Origin: a virus
Taxonomy: Duplodnaviria; Caudoviricetes
Direction: 5' to 3' (one strand)
DNA: 64,000 nt
IMG/VR virus record: IMGVR_UViG_3300028833_000066
The position numbers and the translations under genes were made by a program. The notes under the pieces are model-generated. The model saw nothing but the letters and a program-made list of their open reading frames with translations. It searched no databases and was not told the DNA's origin. Positions 22,003 through 32,545 of the stretch are shown piece by piece. Within the stretch, counting starts at the first letter, position 1. Every line of letters starts with the position of its first letter.

Positions 22003-22073
22003 TCAATCACACATCTCCTGTATAAAGAAATTACTTATCTTCAACAGATAGGTAATTTCATTAGCGTCAAACT

Positions 22074-22448
22074 TTAATAATCTCCACCAAACAAGAAGAC
22101 CATTCCTGCTTCGGTTGCTCGATCATAGTTATACAAAATTTCGCACAAATCTGCAACAGTATCAAAAGAGTAGAAATAATCCTTTTCGTGAGTGGCAATA
22201 TAAATCATTTCTTCAATATCATCCTTAGTTAGCGGGGCACTCCAATCACCATTTTCAAGGTTAAACCGCCGACACATTGGGGTATAAAGACTCCAGAATT
22301 TACGTGCGTAGTACACTTCACTTGGCACAGTAAAATCAATATAACCGTCTTCATCCTTTACCCAACCAGTATGGCACTCATTCCAAAAGTTTTCATCCTG
22401 AACCTGCTGTCGATTTTTAGCCATTACGATATGTACATCCAAACCCAT
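22074..22448 (-). CDS. Hypothetical phage protein
   Basis: MGLD start, RBS. Confidence 0.6.
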   Translation of the reverse strand: MGLDVHIVMAKNRQQVQDENFWNECHTGWVKDEDGYIDFTVPSEVYYARKFWSLYTPMCRRFNLENGDWSAPLTKDDIEEMIYIATHEKDYFYSFDTVADLCEILYNYDRATEAGMVFLFGGDY

Positions 22449-22464
22449 AATTTATTTCTCCTTT

Positions 22465-22707
22465 TTATATAGCATAGTAACAATTTCCATGGTCTTTAAA
22501 CCAGTAATGTTTTACGAGTCCAAGCTTTTCCATTTCGGACATTTCTCTTTTAGTAGTATGAATATTTCCAAATAGTTCTATCTGTTTACAATTATAATGT
22601 GGAAATACACCATTTTCTAATCTGTCCATACCAATTGGGCAAAAGTTGGGTTCTTTTAGATGATGATATTTAAGAAAATTATAAATTAATGTTTGGTGTT
22701 CTGTCAT
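22465..22707 (-). CDS. Hypothetical protein
   Basis: RBS and upstream sigma-A-like promoter. Confidence 0.55.
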   Translation of the reverse strand: MTEHQTLIYNFLKYHHLKEPNFCPIGMDRLENGVFPHYNCKQIELFGNIHTTKREMSEMEKLGLVKHYWFKDHGNCYYAI

Positions 22708-22767
22708 AATAAGCTCCTTTCTTTTCTTTCTATATATATTATACTTGAAATTTAAAAAAAGTCAAAT

Positions 22768-22794
22768 AAGAGGAGTTGAAATTTCAACTCCTCA
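22768..22794 (-). terminator. Intrinsic terminator-like hairpin after permeases
   Basis: GAGGAGTTGAAA/TTTCAACTCCTC followed by a T-rich tract on the minus strand. Confidence 0.6.
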
Positions 22795-22797
22795 ATT

Positions 22798-24108
22798 TTA
22801 AGCCACAATATACATTACTACAAATAATGCCGCCAAGAAATACATTAGAACTGGAATTTCCTTAAACTTGCCGCGAACAGCTTTTAAGAGAACATAAGAA
22901 ATTAGTCCAAATCCAATACCATCACTAATTGAATAAGAGAACGGCATCATTGCGATTGTTAAGAATGCTGGAATAGCAATTTCCATATCGTTCCAATCAA
23001 TATACTTGACATTCTTCATCATAAAGATACCAACAATAATTAGAGCAGGAGCAGTTGCTGCGGATGGAACAATACCAGCAATAGGAGCAAATAAACAAGC
23101 TAGTGCAAATAGTAATCCAGTTACTACAGAAGCAAGACCAGTACGAGCACCAGCGGCAACACCAGTAGAACTTTCAACAAATGTAGTAACGGTACTTGTA
23201 CCAAGTAGTGATCCACCAACGGTAGCCAGAGCATCAGCAGTAAGAGCACGAGACATATCCTTGCTCTTCATATTACCGTTTTCATCTAACATATCACAGC
23301 CGGCCGCACATCCAGTAAGAGTGCCAACAGTATCAAAGCAATCACACATACATAGGGTTAAAATAGATGTAATTAGCGGGAAAATACCGAGGGCGGTTAG
23401 TCCAGTAAATGAAAGCTGGAAGAATGTTGGTGCAAGTGAGAGATTTTCAAAATTTAAAGATACAGCTGTATTAGTTACACCAAGAGGAATACCAATTAGG
23501 GTAGTGGCAATGATAGAATAGAGAATTGCACCCCGCACTTTAAATACAAGTAGGATAGCAGTAATAGCTAGGCCAATTAGGGTGAGTAATGGTGCTCCCG
23601 ATGTAATTGAGCCAAGGTCAAGTAGATTGTTGTTTGCGGTAACAATGCCAGCATTGATAAGACCAATTAAGGCAATAAAGAGACCAATGCCTACACTAAT
23701 AGCACGCTTTAACTGGGCTGGAATAGCTTCAATAATCTTATGACGAAGTGGTGAAAGAGTAATAAGAAGGAAAACGCAGCCGCTGATAAATGTAATAGCT
23801 AGACACTGCTGCCATGTATAGCCAATCTTCATACATAGAGTATAAGTGAATAAAGCATTAATACCAAGGCCAGGAGCCTGTGCGAATGGTACATTAGCCA
23901 TAAAGGCAGTTAGCAATGTACCTACTGCCGCACTAATACAAGTAGCTAGAGTTAGAGCAGTATAATCCATTCCGGTTACGCCTAGAATGGATGGATTAAC
24001 AAAGATAATATAGGCCATTGCCATAAAGGTTACTAGGCCGCCAATAACCTCGCGGCCAAATGTAGAACCACGTTCAGTGATATGAAAATGCTTATCTAAA
24101 AATTTCAT
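22798..24108 (-). CDS. NCS2 permease, AzgA/PbuG-like purine transporter
   Basis: TFMAMAYIIFVNP, APGLG, FDTVGTL, FVESSTGVAAGARTGL, MPFSYSI. Confidence 0.92.
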   Translation of the reverse strand: MKFLDKHFHITERGSTFGREVIGGLVTFMAMAYIIFVNPSILGVTGMDYTALTLATCISAAVGTLLTAFMANVPFAQAPGLGINALFTYTLCMKIGYTWQQCLAITFISGCVFLLITLSPLRHKIIEAIPAQLKRAISVGIGLFIALIGLINAGIVTANNNLLDLGSITSGAPLLTLIGLAITAILLVFKVRGAILYSIIATTLIGIPLGVTNTAVSLNFENLSLAPTFFQLSFTGLTALGIFPLITSILTLCMCDCFDTVGTLTGCAAGCDMLDENGNMKSKDMSRALTADALATVGGSLLGTSTVTTFVESSTGVAAGARTGLASVVTGLLFALACLFAPIAGIVPSAATAPALIIVGIFMMKNVKYIDWNDMEIAIPAFLTIAMMPFSYSISDGIGFGLISYVLLKAVRGKFKEIPVLMYFLAALFVVMYIVA

Positions 24109-25382
24109 AGATTAGTCTCCTTTTTATTCTTTAGAATTAGATTTAGAATAATACCTACAAACATAGCGAGAGCAGTAGTACCGATACTGATAATCCCAAA
24201 ATTACATACAACACCAGAAACACCAATGGTTAAAATTGAGGCGATAATAGTTACAACCTTATTATCGTTAAGATCAAGATTACTATCTTTAATAGTCCTT
24301 ATACCAGAAAGAGTGATGTATCCATAAAGAATAGCCGCACAGCCGCCAAAAATAGCTGAAGGTAATGATACAAGCAAAGCCTGTAGCGGGCCGAAGAAAG
24401 CTGCTACACCCATAATAATTGCCGCTAGTGTAATTACATACTTAGAGCAAATTTTACTGAAGCCAGTTGTGCCTACACTTTCGCCATAAGAAGTATTAGG
24501 AATAGAGCCAATTAGAGTGCCGAAAGCAGTAGCAATACCGTCACCAATTAGAGTATGACCTACGCCTGGATTTTGAGTTAGATCAGTACCAATAACTGCG
24601 CTTAAAGCCTTATGGTCTGAAATATGCTCACATAGGCATACGAGAGATAGAGGCGCAAATAGTAGTAGAATCTGTGGCATTAATCCCCAATCAAAGTTCG
24701 CAAAGTCAAGATGGAAGAATGCGAAGTCTGGCATCTGGAAAATCTGGAGATTACGGAAAGGTTCAAAATTAACAATTGGAATACCGCAGAGTGTAAGAAT
24801 TACGGATAGCCCATATACAATGAAAATTGAAAATAGGAATGGTAGATTTTTAACAAATCCTTTTCCATAGTGAGAAATTAGTGCAGTGATAATTAGAGTT
24901 AGCATACCAAGCCCAAATCCAATTAGACTGTATTCGCCATTTACTTGGAAATAGGTTGGTAGGAAAGTGGCTAGGTTTAGACCAATTACCATAACAACTG
25001 GACCAATAACATATGGCGGCAGAAGCTTATTAATCCAAGCTGTTCCACACTTGTTAATTACTAGACCAACGATACAATAGATAAGGCATACAATAACGCC
25101 ACCGATTAGAACCGCTGTAAAGTTAGGTGCTGTTCCAAGTGTCAAGGCGCCAATTACTGCGGCAACAAATCCACCTGAAGAACTGATAAACATAGGGCTT
25201 TGGCCGCGAGTACATAGCTGATAAATCAAAGTACCAATTGCTGCGCCCACCATTGCCGGGGCAATAGGAACGCCGCAAATTGAAGGGATAAGAACAGTAG
25301 CAACGAAACAAGCAATAACCTGCTGGAATGCGGCAACAATTAGCCGCTTAAATGGAAGTCTATCATTAATATTATAAAGCAT
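24105..25382 (-). CDS. NCS2 permease, UraA/PyrP-like uracil-xanthine transporter
   Basis: FVATVLIP, GPVVMVIGL, EHISD, GDG, PNTSYGE. Confidence 0.9.
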   Translation of the reverse strand: MLYNINDRLPFKRLIVAAFQQVIACFVATVLIPSICGVPIAPAMVGAAIGTLIYQLCTRGQSPMFISSSGGFVAAVIGALTLGTAPNFTAVLIGGVIVCLIYCIVGLVINKCGTAWINKLLPPYVIGPVVMVIGLNLATFLPTYFQVNGEYSLIGFGLGMLTLIITALISHYGKGFVKNLPFLFSIFIVYGLSVILTLCGIPIVNFEPFRNLQIFQMPDFAFFHLDFANFDWGLMPQILLLFAPLSLVCLCEHISDHKALSAVIGTDLTQNPGVGHTLIGDGIATAFGTLIGSIPNTSYGESVGTTGFSKICSKYVITLAAIIMGVAAFFGPLQALLVSLPSAIFGGCAAILYGYITLSGIRTIKDSNLDLNDNKVVTIIASILTIGVSGVVCNFGIISIGTTALAMFVGIILNLILKNKKETNL

Positions 25383-25387
25383 ATTAT

Positions 25388-25924
25388 TTATTCTCCTTTA
25401 TCTTCATAATAATCATCCCAATCAACTTCTTGAAATGTTATATTATTTAAATCTATATTATGTATTAACATTATTTCCATTGGACCATATGGCACTTGAC
25501 CAACGATTGTTAAAGTATTATCAAAGTCACGCCATTCATATTCTTTTGGACAAAATCCTCTATAATGAATTAATTCTTCGTCTCGTGGATATACATATTC
25601 TTTAAATTCATTTCGTGTTAAATTATAAATTGATATACATTGATAATCGCCAGAAGAAATAATAAATTCTTCATTATATTGTTTTACATATAATAATGGA
25701 GGGGTATCTGGACAATTGCGGGCGAAAGTAAAATATTCTTTTCTTTCTGAAAGAATTTGAATTTCAATTTTATCGTAATGCTGAGTCTAATCTTTTGTCC
25801 AATATCTCCATGTTAATTGACGGATATGATATGGCGATGGTTTATTATATTGATCTAATATTGGTTCTATTTTTGTAGCAATTAATATATGAGTGTTGTG
25901 ATTAATTAGAACTGGATGATTCAT
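25388..25924 (-). CDS. Hypothetical protein (1 in-frame TAG)
   Basis: 178-aa frame filling the gap exactly; TAG at 25787. Confidence 0.65.
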
Positions 25925-26552
25925 TCGCCTCACTTCCATATTGTTCTTTTAAGAGAGGAATAATTTCATCAAATGAATTGTGAAGTTCATGATCTGCTGT
26001 TGCATACAAGCACATTCCATATAACATCTGATTAATTGAGAAACTTCGCCGCCAGTCTTTCTCATTAAGATGATTTGTGCGGATGTCGAAGTAATGAGCA
26101 TAGTTCTTTTTATGATAGATTTCTGTAATTTTATCATATAATTTATGTGCTAATACTTCATAATCCATAGGAATTATTTTATTATTTTTATCTACAAATT
26201 CTTCTCTAAAAGCTTTATCCCAAATTTCCATTAATTTGGTTGCCATATACTTCCATCCATACAAAACACCCATTTCGCACATAGTACCAATGGCACTTTG
26301 TTCTGGACAGAGCACGGTATAATCGCTATTCCAAAGTCGCTCAATATCGGCTTCACAAATTTTTTCTGCTAGATGATTATTTTCTTCTTCTGTCATATTA
26401 GATTTGTCATTAATAGACTTGTTCATTACGGGACTATATACAGAACCGGGAATACCCGCTTCTTTAAATTTATCATACTCATACTGGCGCGCTAAATTAG
26501 AACCAAAAGTCATAATGTCGCCGCCTAAGTATCCAAGCGGTTCTTTATTCAT
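25902..26552 (-). CDS. Nucleoside 2-deoxyribosyltransferase-like protein
   Basis: YLGG, YSP, ADIERL..SD, GTMCEMG, SINQMLYG. Confidence 0.7.
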   Translation of the reverse strand: MNKEPLGYLGGDIMTFGSNLARQYEYDKFKEAGIPGSVYSPVMNKSINDKSNMTEEENNHLAEKICEADIERLWNSDYTVLCPEQSAIGTMCEMGVLYGWKYMATKLMEIWDKAFREEFVDKNNKIIPMDYEVLAHKLYDKITEIYHKKNYAHYFDIRTNHLNEKDWRRSFSINQMLYGMCLYATADHELHNSFDEIIPLLKEQYGSEANESSSSN

Positions 26553-26867
26553 TTATTTTCCTCCAAATTTATTTTGTTCATAATAATGCCAGGCATCATT
26601 ATTCCATAATTTTTTAACGTTTAAATTTTTACTACAAAAATTTTGAATAATGTCATTAATAATTGTATACATATCAGATGCTCTAGTAATCCAATTCTCT
26701 TTAGTTATTTTACCACCAGCGGCTTCAAAAGCATCTATATAATACTATTCACCCCAAATTAATTTATCAGCCATATAAGTCATTCCTTCGACGATTCCCT
26801 ATTCATATTTTCCGCAGGCTGTTTCTGGATTGTGATATAATCGTTCAAATATATCAAAGTAACTCAT
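26553..26867 (-). CDS. Hypothetical protein (in-frame TAG)
   Basis: RBS, ATG at 26867, TAA abutting next start. Confidence 0.55.
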
Positions 26868-27042
26868 TCTTATTCTCCTTATGTGTCAAATCCCACAGAA
26901 TATCATACATTTCTAGTTTAAATCCTTCTGGCTGTTGCTCAACTGGAAGCATCCACCAAGCTAATCCAGCATCTGGATGACGATTAAAATATTCTTCTAT
27001 CATAGTATCATATATTGGTGAAAAAATCTTATTTTGTTCCAT
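26854..27042 (-). CDS. Hypothetical protein
   Basis: RBS and upstream promoter. Confidence 0.5.
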   Translation of the reverse strand: MEQNKIFSPIYDTMIEEYFNRHPDAGLAWWMLPVEQQPEGFKLEMYDILWDLTHKENKNELL

Positions 27043-27149
27043 ATAAAAATACCTCTTTTTTCTTTTATTATATCATAATTTTATATTTATGTCAAATATT
27101 ATTATAAACAAAAATATGTGGGGTAAGTCATTAGACTTACCCCATGTAA

Positions 27150-28391
27150 TTATCTTGGAGGAATTATTTTATCACAGAGTTGTGGAATTGGTCCACGTTC
27201 TGACTTTAGTAATTTAACAGTGCCAAATAATGGATCACCTACTAAATTATCAAGCATAGCTTTAATGCCATTATTTTTTTCAAATTTAGGGTTATCAATC
27301 TATGCTACATCCCCACAAAATATAATTTCGCCGCCATCTTCTACGCGGCTAAGTAATAATGTAACTAATTTATCATTTAAGTTTTCACATTCATCACAAA
27401 AGATAATACCTTTTATAGAACGTCCTCTGATATGAGAAATAGGGAATATTTCAATAACACCTTCATCAATAAGCTGGTCAAGCATCATTTGACCGCCTAA
27501 ATGATCGGCAATTACTCCTCCCCACAAACTCATTTTTTGCCGCACATCACCTGGCACAAAACCAATATCTTTAGTGTCTGCAACTATAATATTATTACGA
27601 ATAAAAGTAATTTTAGGCTGGCGGCCGCGAGCTACTTGTTCTAGTGCATAATTTAGAGCTAATAATGTTTTTCCACTGCCCCAGGCAGAAGTTAATAATT
27701 TAACCTTGATATCCTAGTCTTGAAGTAAGTGCATAGCCATTTTTTGCTCTAAATTACGAGGTTTAATTACTTCACCAGTATATATATTTTTAATATCTTT
27801 ATAATTTAAAGGTTTATATTCATGTCCATCCCAGAATAATACATCTTTTAATTCATCACCTGTAAATATTTCAGCGAATGAATTAGTGGGACATTTTAAT
27901 GTATTCATTGTTGGGCACTGATATAATTGGGCCATCTGTGAATTATTAGGATAATATTTACCCCAGCCGCAATACTCTATCTATTCAATACGGCTTTCTT
28001 CTTTGTCATCTAAATATATTGCCTATAATTCCTTAATCTATTTAGCAATTAAAAACTAAGCGCCATCAGCAGTTATAAAAAATACATCATTTGAATGATT
28101 TTTTAATGCGGCAGCTTCAGCAATTAGCCAGTGGTCATGAATATCCTATAGTATTGGATATTTTCTAAATTTTTTTCTAGTATGATTATTAGCGGTAATA
28201 AAATGTATATCTCTAGATGTAATAATATCTCGCACAGCCTATCGTGCGAGATATTTTGTTTTATCATCTTTTTGCTATGAAGTTTTTATATTTTCAAGTT
28301 CCATTAATACAATAGGACTAATATATATATTCTGGAATCTTTTATAAGCCCCATTGAGTACTGCAGAAGTATCTAAAAAATTAATATTCAT
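27150..28391 (-). CDS. phoH: PIN-PhoH fusion protein (about 9 in-frame TAG)
   Basis: FLDTSAVL PIN start, AWGSGKT, IGFVPG, IRGRS, DECEN, SRV, GDVA*ID; 413-aa frame under TAG=sense. Confidence 0.88.
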
Positions 28392-29020
28392 TAAGCATCA
28401 ACACCATAAATTTTGTCTACAAGATTATATTTCTTCATTTCATCCGCGGATAAAAACCATTGATGTCTAGCTTGAGCGTCATATTCTTCTGCAGTAATAT
28501 TCGTATTATCAATAATGAATTGTCGGATACTTTCATCTACCTTATTGTTAAAAGCCATAATATCATTTGCTGTCTTAGCTTCACTGGCGCTTAAAGCTAC
28601 ATATCCGTCATGAATAAGGGCATATGTGCTAGGAAAACAAAAACGAGTTACATTTTCATTCTTGCCGCTGCCAGCTAAAATTACAGCTGCCATAGAAGCT
28701 GCATATCCAGGAACAATGATATGCAATGGCTTTTTATATTGGCTAATATAGTGAGCAAGAAAGAATCCATCTGATACGCACCCACCCTGTGAATTAAGTA
28801 TGAGTGTTACGGGGCGTGTATCGCTATCATTCTCCCAATCTCTCATAGGTAAATAAATCATTTCTACAATACGCTCATCAATATCAGTATTTAAAATAAG
28901 CGTTCTATTATCATTCATTTGATGATAATACTGATACATTACAGGGTCTAATCCAGGCGTATCGTCTGAGATTAGGAAACCAAAATCTGGGTCCATAATT
29001 ACCCTCCTTCTATCTCTCAA
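28391..29020 (-). CDS. clpP: ClpP-like protease
   Basis: NSQGG, AASMAA, LIH, WFLSADE..Y.LVD. Confidence 0.85.
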   Translation of the reverse strand: MRDRRRVIMDPDFGFLISDDTPGLDPVMYQYYHQMNDNRTLILNTDIDERIVEMIYLPMRDWENDSDTRPVTLILNSQGGCVSDGFFLAHYISQYKKPLHIIVPGYAASMAAVILAGSGKNENVTRFCFPSTYALIHDGYVALSASEAKTANDIMAFNNKVDESIRQFIIDNTNITAEEYDAQARHQWFLSADEMKKYNLVDKIYGVDA

Positions 29021-29041
29021 TGAGACAGTTACTTATAATAT

Positions 29042-30166
29042 TTATGAGATAATTTTTTCTAGTGTACAATCCTCTGGATTAATATCGTCTTTACGAATAC
29101 GTTTAATATAAGGATGCCGAATTGAAATACCTGTACCATCTTTGGCTGCATTTGCGGTAGAAACCATCATGCCACCAATAGTTAGCGGGCACAGATACCA
29201 TTCTTCAAAATTATCTCTTAGTTCTGTTTTAAGTTCGTCAGTTAAACCAGCTACTTTACAAAGCTGTACTGGTTCACCTTTACGATTAAATACACTTACA
29301 TAAATTGCACCCGGATAATTATAATAATAATTTTTAGTGACTGGTGTGTAAGCACCACCAGTTTGATATTCACCAAAATATTCACCATATACAAGCTTGC
29401 CAGTTCTAGCTTCTTCCCAAAAGGGCCAAGAAGCTAATTCTTTGCCAGTATAAAGCTTTGTTGGATTTTCAACGCCAGTGATAAAGCAGTCAATATCAGA
29501 GGAAATTTCTTGCTTTACTTTACAAGTTGTCCAAGCGCTTGAACGTTTATCGGGAGTATAAAGAATGCCTTTTTTATAGCAGACTGCTCCTTCACCATTA
29601 CGCTCAAAGATTTTTAGAATTTCATCAAAGAAAGTTTCATCCATTTGATGAAATGGAATACCTTTTACTAATGGAGAATTAATACGTTTAACAACCTTTG
29701 GAATAAATTGTACTCTATACTCAATTGGTTTATCAAGAAATTCTTCACCATCAAGTGCTAGAATATCAAAAATACGCCATTCAAGTTTAACATCTTTTTG
29801 ACGAGCACGTGCCTTATCAACTAGGCATCTTGCTATACTGCCTACATCTTTGTCTATGCCGCCAGGCAAATATAATTCTCCTAAAATTACTGTAGTCTTT
29901 TGAAAAGCTTTAAGTACATCATCCCAGAAAAATACTTTATCTTGTAATTCAGAATAAGTACCAGTTACTTTACTGATGCCACGAGTTTGTAGTGCATTTC
30001 TATCTGGAGTAATAACTGCACGGCTAAAATTGCCATCGAACTTTTCACTCCAAATATACTGGCCGCTGGCCGCCATATCTTCTAAATGCTGGCGCCGGGT
30101 TTCTGTTGACATAGCACTAGTTGGACTCCAATATTTCATCACACCTAGAGAGAAAAAATCTGTCAT
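29042..30166 (-). CDS. ATP-dependent DNA ligase
   Basis: EKFDG, GELY, FDIL, EGAV, KVK, IRHP. Confidence 0.85.
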   Translation of the reverse strand: MTDFFSLGVMKYWSPTSAMSTETRRQHLEDMAASGQYIWSEKFDGNFSRAVITPDRNALQTRGISKVTGTYSELQDKVFFWDDVLKAFQKTTVILGELYLPGGIDKDVGSIARCLVDKARARQKDVKLEWRIFDILALDGEEFLDKPIEYRVQFIPKVVKRINSPLVKGIPFHQMDETFFDEILKIFERNGEGAVCYKKGILYTPDKRSSAWTTCKVKQEISSDIDCFITGVENPTKLYTGKELASWPFWEEARTGKLVYGEYFGEYQTGGAYTPVTKNYYYNYPGAIYVSVFNRKGEPVQLCKVAGLTDELKTELRDNFEEWYLCPLTIGGMMVSTANAAKDGTGISIRHPYIKRIRKDDINPEDCTLEKIIS

Positions 30167-30167
30167 A

Positions 30168-30722
30168 TTATTCTCCTATTTTTTCTAAAAACTCAATTGC
30201 AGAAGTCTTCATACCTTCAAAAGCTCCTACATTATCAACATACCAGTCAAGACAATAATCATCTAAATCAACTTCCGATGGATGATTACGTTGTTCTTCA
30301 GTTAAAAGAGGATTTTCCCATATATCGCCTTCATCAGTATAGCGACGAATACCTACGGATACGCATTTATTTTTATTAAACTTCTTAACTCTTTTTAATT
30401 CATTTAAGAAGCGAAGGTCAGGAATAAGCGCATAATCCCAATCATTCTCTGTGGCTTTAATGAACTGTGCCACCAAATCAGCCCAATAATTTTTAAACAC
30501 AGAGCGCACTTCATTTGTACCCATTTGTTGAAGTAGCTGGCGGCCGCTAATATCCTTTTCGCCATTCCATTTATAATATAACTTGGCATATTCTTTAACC
30601 ATATCTGCAAAATGAATTACTAATACTCGTTCATTACGATTTTCTAATTCATCTTTTAAAAATTTAGCAAAAGTATCTTTGCCAGAGCCACTTTTACCGC
30701 TAATTAGAATTATCTTCTTCAT
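30168..30722 (-). CDS. Deoxynucleoside monophosphate kinase-like protein
   Basis: GKSGSGKDT, RQLLQQMGT, DLRFLNE, HPSE. Confidence 0.8.
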   Translation of the reverse strand: MKKIILISGKSGSGKDTFAKFLKDELENRNERVLVIHFADMVKEYAKLYYKWNGEKDISGRQLLQQMGTNEVRSVFKNYWADLVAQFIKATENDWDYALIPDLRFLNELKRVKKFNKNKCVSVGIRRYTDEGDIWENPLLTEEQRNHPSEVDLDDYCLDWYVDNVGAFEGMKTSAIEFLEKIGE

Positions 30723-30912
30723 TCTTCATTTCCTCCAATTTAAGCTGTACATAAAAATCTACAAACTCCTATACAGCAGGAGTACAATTTGCTCTATATT
30801 CCTCAATGAATTTAATTGTTTTTGGTACATCGTGGAAATTAAAAGCTCTATTCACCGCAAGTTTTGTTATTTCTTTTTCTGATTCTGTTAAATTAGTGAA
30901 TAATTCAGTCAT
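30694..30912 (-). CDS. Hypothetical protein (in-frame TAG)
   Basis: ATG overlaps upstream stop; fills the gap only with TAG read-through. Confidence 0.5.
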
Positions 30913-31229
30913 TTTTTTTTACCTATTACCTTTTGTAAAATATCAAAAAATGCTTGAACTTCTTCTTTAGTTTCAAGAACAATTTTTTGAACCGGTTTTG
31001 CCGCACATCTATCTTCATTCGCTGGCATATTATAGACATAATATTCATAAATACCATCTGAATTTAAATATTGTTCAGCAAGTAACGTATCATCACGATT
31101 AGCATAAATTTTGAGACTTGCGGTTTCATCGTCATTTTCAATATGCTCTGTGTGCATATTTTGCGGGATAAGCTATTTGACAAAGCCTACATACTCATCC
31201 CGGGTTACACTATATAATTCTTCTCTCAT
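30909..31229 (-). CDS. Hypothetical protein (1 in-frame TAG)
   Basis: RBS and ATG at 31229, in frame with track ORF. Confidence 0.6.
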
Positions 31230-31232
31230 ATC

Positions 31233-31730
31233 TTATCCTCGCCAATTTATTTTTAATTCTTGTGCCTCATTTTGAGCCAGTTCATCACATTTCTCATTCC
31301 AGAATACACCATTATGTCCTTCTACTTTTTTAAAATAGAACCATACATTTTCAAAATATGGAATAATATCAATCCATAAATCTTGATTAGCGACTTCTTT
31401 TTTAGCGGCATTTGTCCATCCATTTCGTCGCCAGTTTTCATACCAACGTTGAGAATAGCAATTAATGGCGTATGCAGAATCGCTATAAATAATTACAGCT
31501 TGACTTTCCTTACGGCATTCTTTTGCATACATGAGGGCCTGGCGGATAGCTTGAAGTTCCATTCGTTGATTGGTCGTATCAAGTTCTCCGCCAGTTTTAT
31601 AATAGACTTGTTGGCTATCTTCTACTGCGATGTAAGCCCATCCACCAAAATTCTTTTTTCCAAGTTTCTTACAAGAACCGTCAGTATAAATTTCTAATGG
31701 AATTACTCGCTCTTTACTTCGTCTATCCAT
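31233..31730 (-). CDS. rnhA: Ribonuclease HI
   Basis: YTDGSC, TTNQRMEL, SDSAY, NQDLW, VEGH, NEKCDELA. Confidence 0.92.
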   Translation of the reverse strand: MDRRSKERVIPLEIYTDGSCKKLGKKNFGGWAYIAVEDSQQVYYKTGGELDTTNQRMELQAIRQALMYAKECRKESQAVIIYSDSAYAINCYSQRWYENWRRNGWTNAAKKEVANQDLWIDIIPYFENVWFYFKKVEGHNGVFWNEKCDELAQNEAQELKINWRG

Positions 31731-31794
31731 AATTTTCTCCTTTTCTTTTATACTTTATTATATCATAAAATAGTAGAAAAGGCAAATATTTAGG

Positions 31795-32025
31795 TCACTC
31801 TTTTTCTTCAGTTACTTCTTCAAGCTGCTTTTGTAATTTTACTTCTGGTAGTCCAGCAACACTTGTTAGAATACTGAGAATGCCAGCTAGGGCAGAAGCA
31901 GAAGCAACAATACCCCAATTTACATCAGCTATAATAGCGCTAGAACCAATAGTGGCGATAGCGGTTTGAGCAATAGTTTTAATCGCACGAATACCTGCGG
32001 CGGCTAACCATTTTTTAAATTCCAT
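31795..32025 (-). CDS. Holin (r1t-like family)
   Basis: [22 protein letters not shown]...[10 protein letters not shown]; start reassigned to the ATG after GGAG. Confidence 0.8.
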   Translation of the reverse strand: MEFKKWLAAAGIRAIKTIAQTAIATIGSSAIIADVNWGIVASASALAGILSILTSVAGLPEVKLQKQLEEVTEEKE

Positions 32026-32041
32026 ATAAATCACTCCTTTG

Positions 32042-32479
32042 TTATTCTTCGTGGATTTTATTAGCTGCTTTATATTTGGCAAATAGTTCTTTAATATAAG
32101 TAAATTCATTATCAAACACGCCATTTTTATCTGCGGTTTTAGCTAATAAATCCTGATATTTATCATTTAATTTAATTATATGTTTATATTCATCATAAGT
32201 ATGATCCTATCCATTACGACAAGAGCGTGCAAAGTCTAAGACTTCCCAACGAATGCGATCTTTTTCGTTTGTATAGATTTGTTTTTGAATGTTATCAATT
32301 GTTTTATTCATTTCTTCAACTTGCTTTGAAACCCCTTCAGTAATAGTCCTTCCTAGCCAGTTGAAGAGAGAAGTAATTGGATTCCATTTTATCGGGGATA
32401 TTTGGATGAAAATGGATAGAATAATAATTATTTGTACTATGTTGGAAGATAGCCAATTGAGAATTTCATTCTCGTTCAT
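32042..32479 (-). CDS. Membrane-anchored protein next to holin (1 in-frame TAG)
   Basis: N-terminal TM segment, [10 protein letters not shown]; reads through TAG at 32207 to TAA. Confidence 0.7.
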
Positions 32480-32545
32480 TGAATTTCACCTCCGTGGGGC
32501 ATATCCCCGATATATATGTAATATAATAATTATAAATATATTATT

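Noticed and set aside
27150-28391. Pseudogene interpretation of fragmented genes (PhoH, methyltransferase, glycosyltransferase, tail genes)
   Set aside because: Interruptions are TAG only, stay in frame and fall on Gln positions, which indicates recoding rather than decay.
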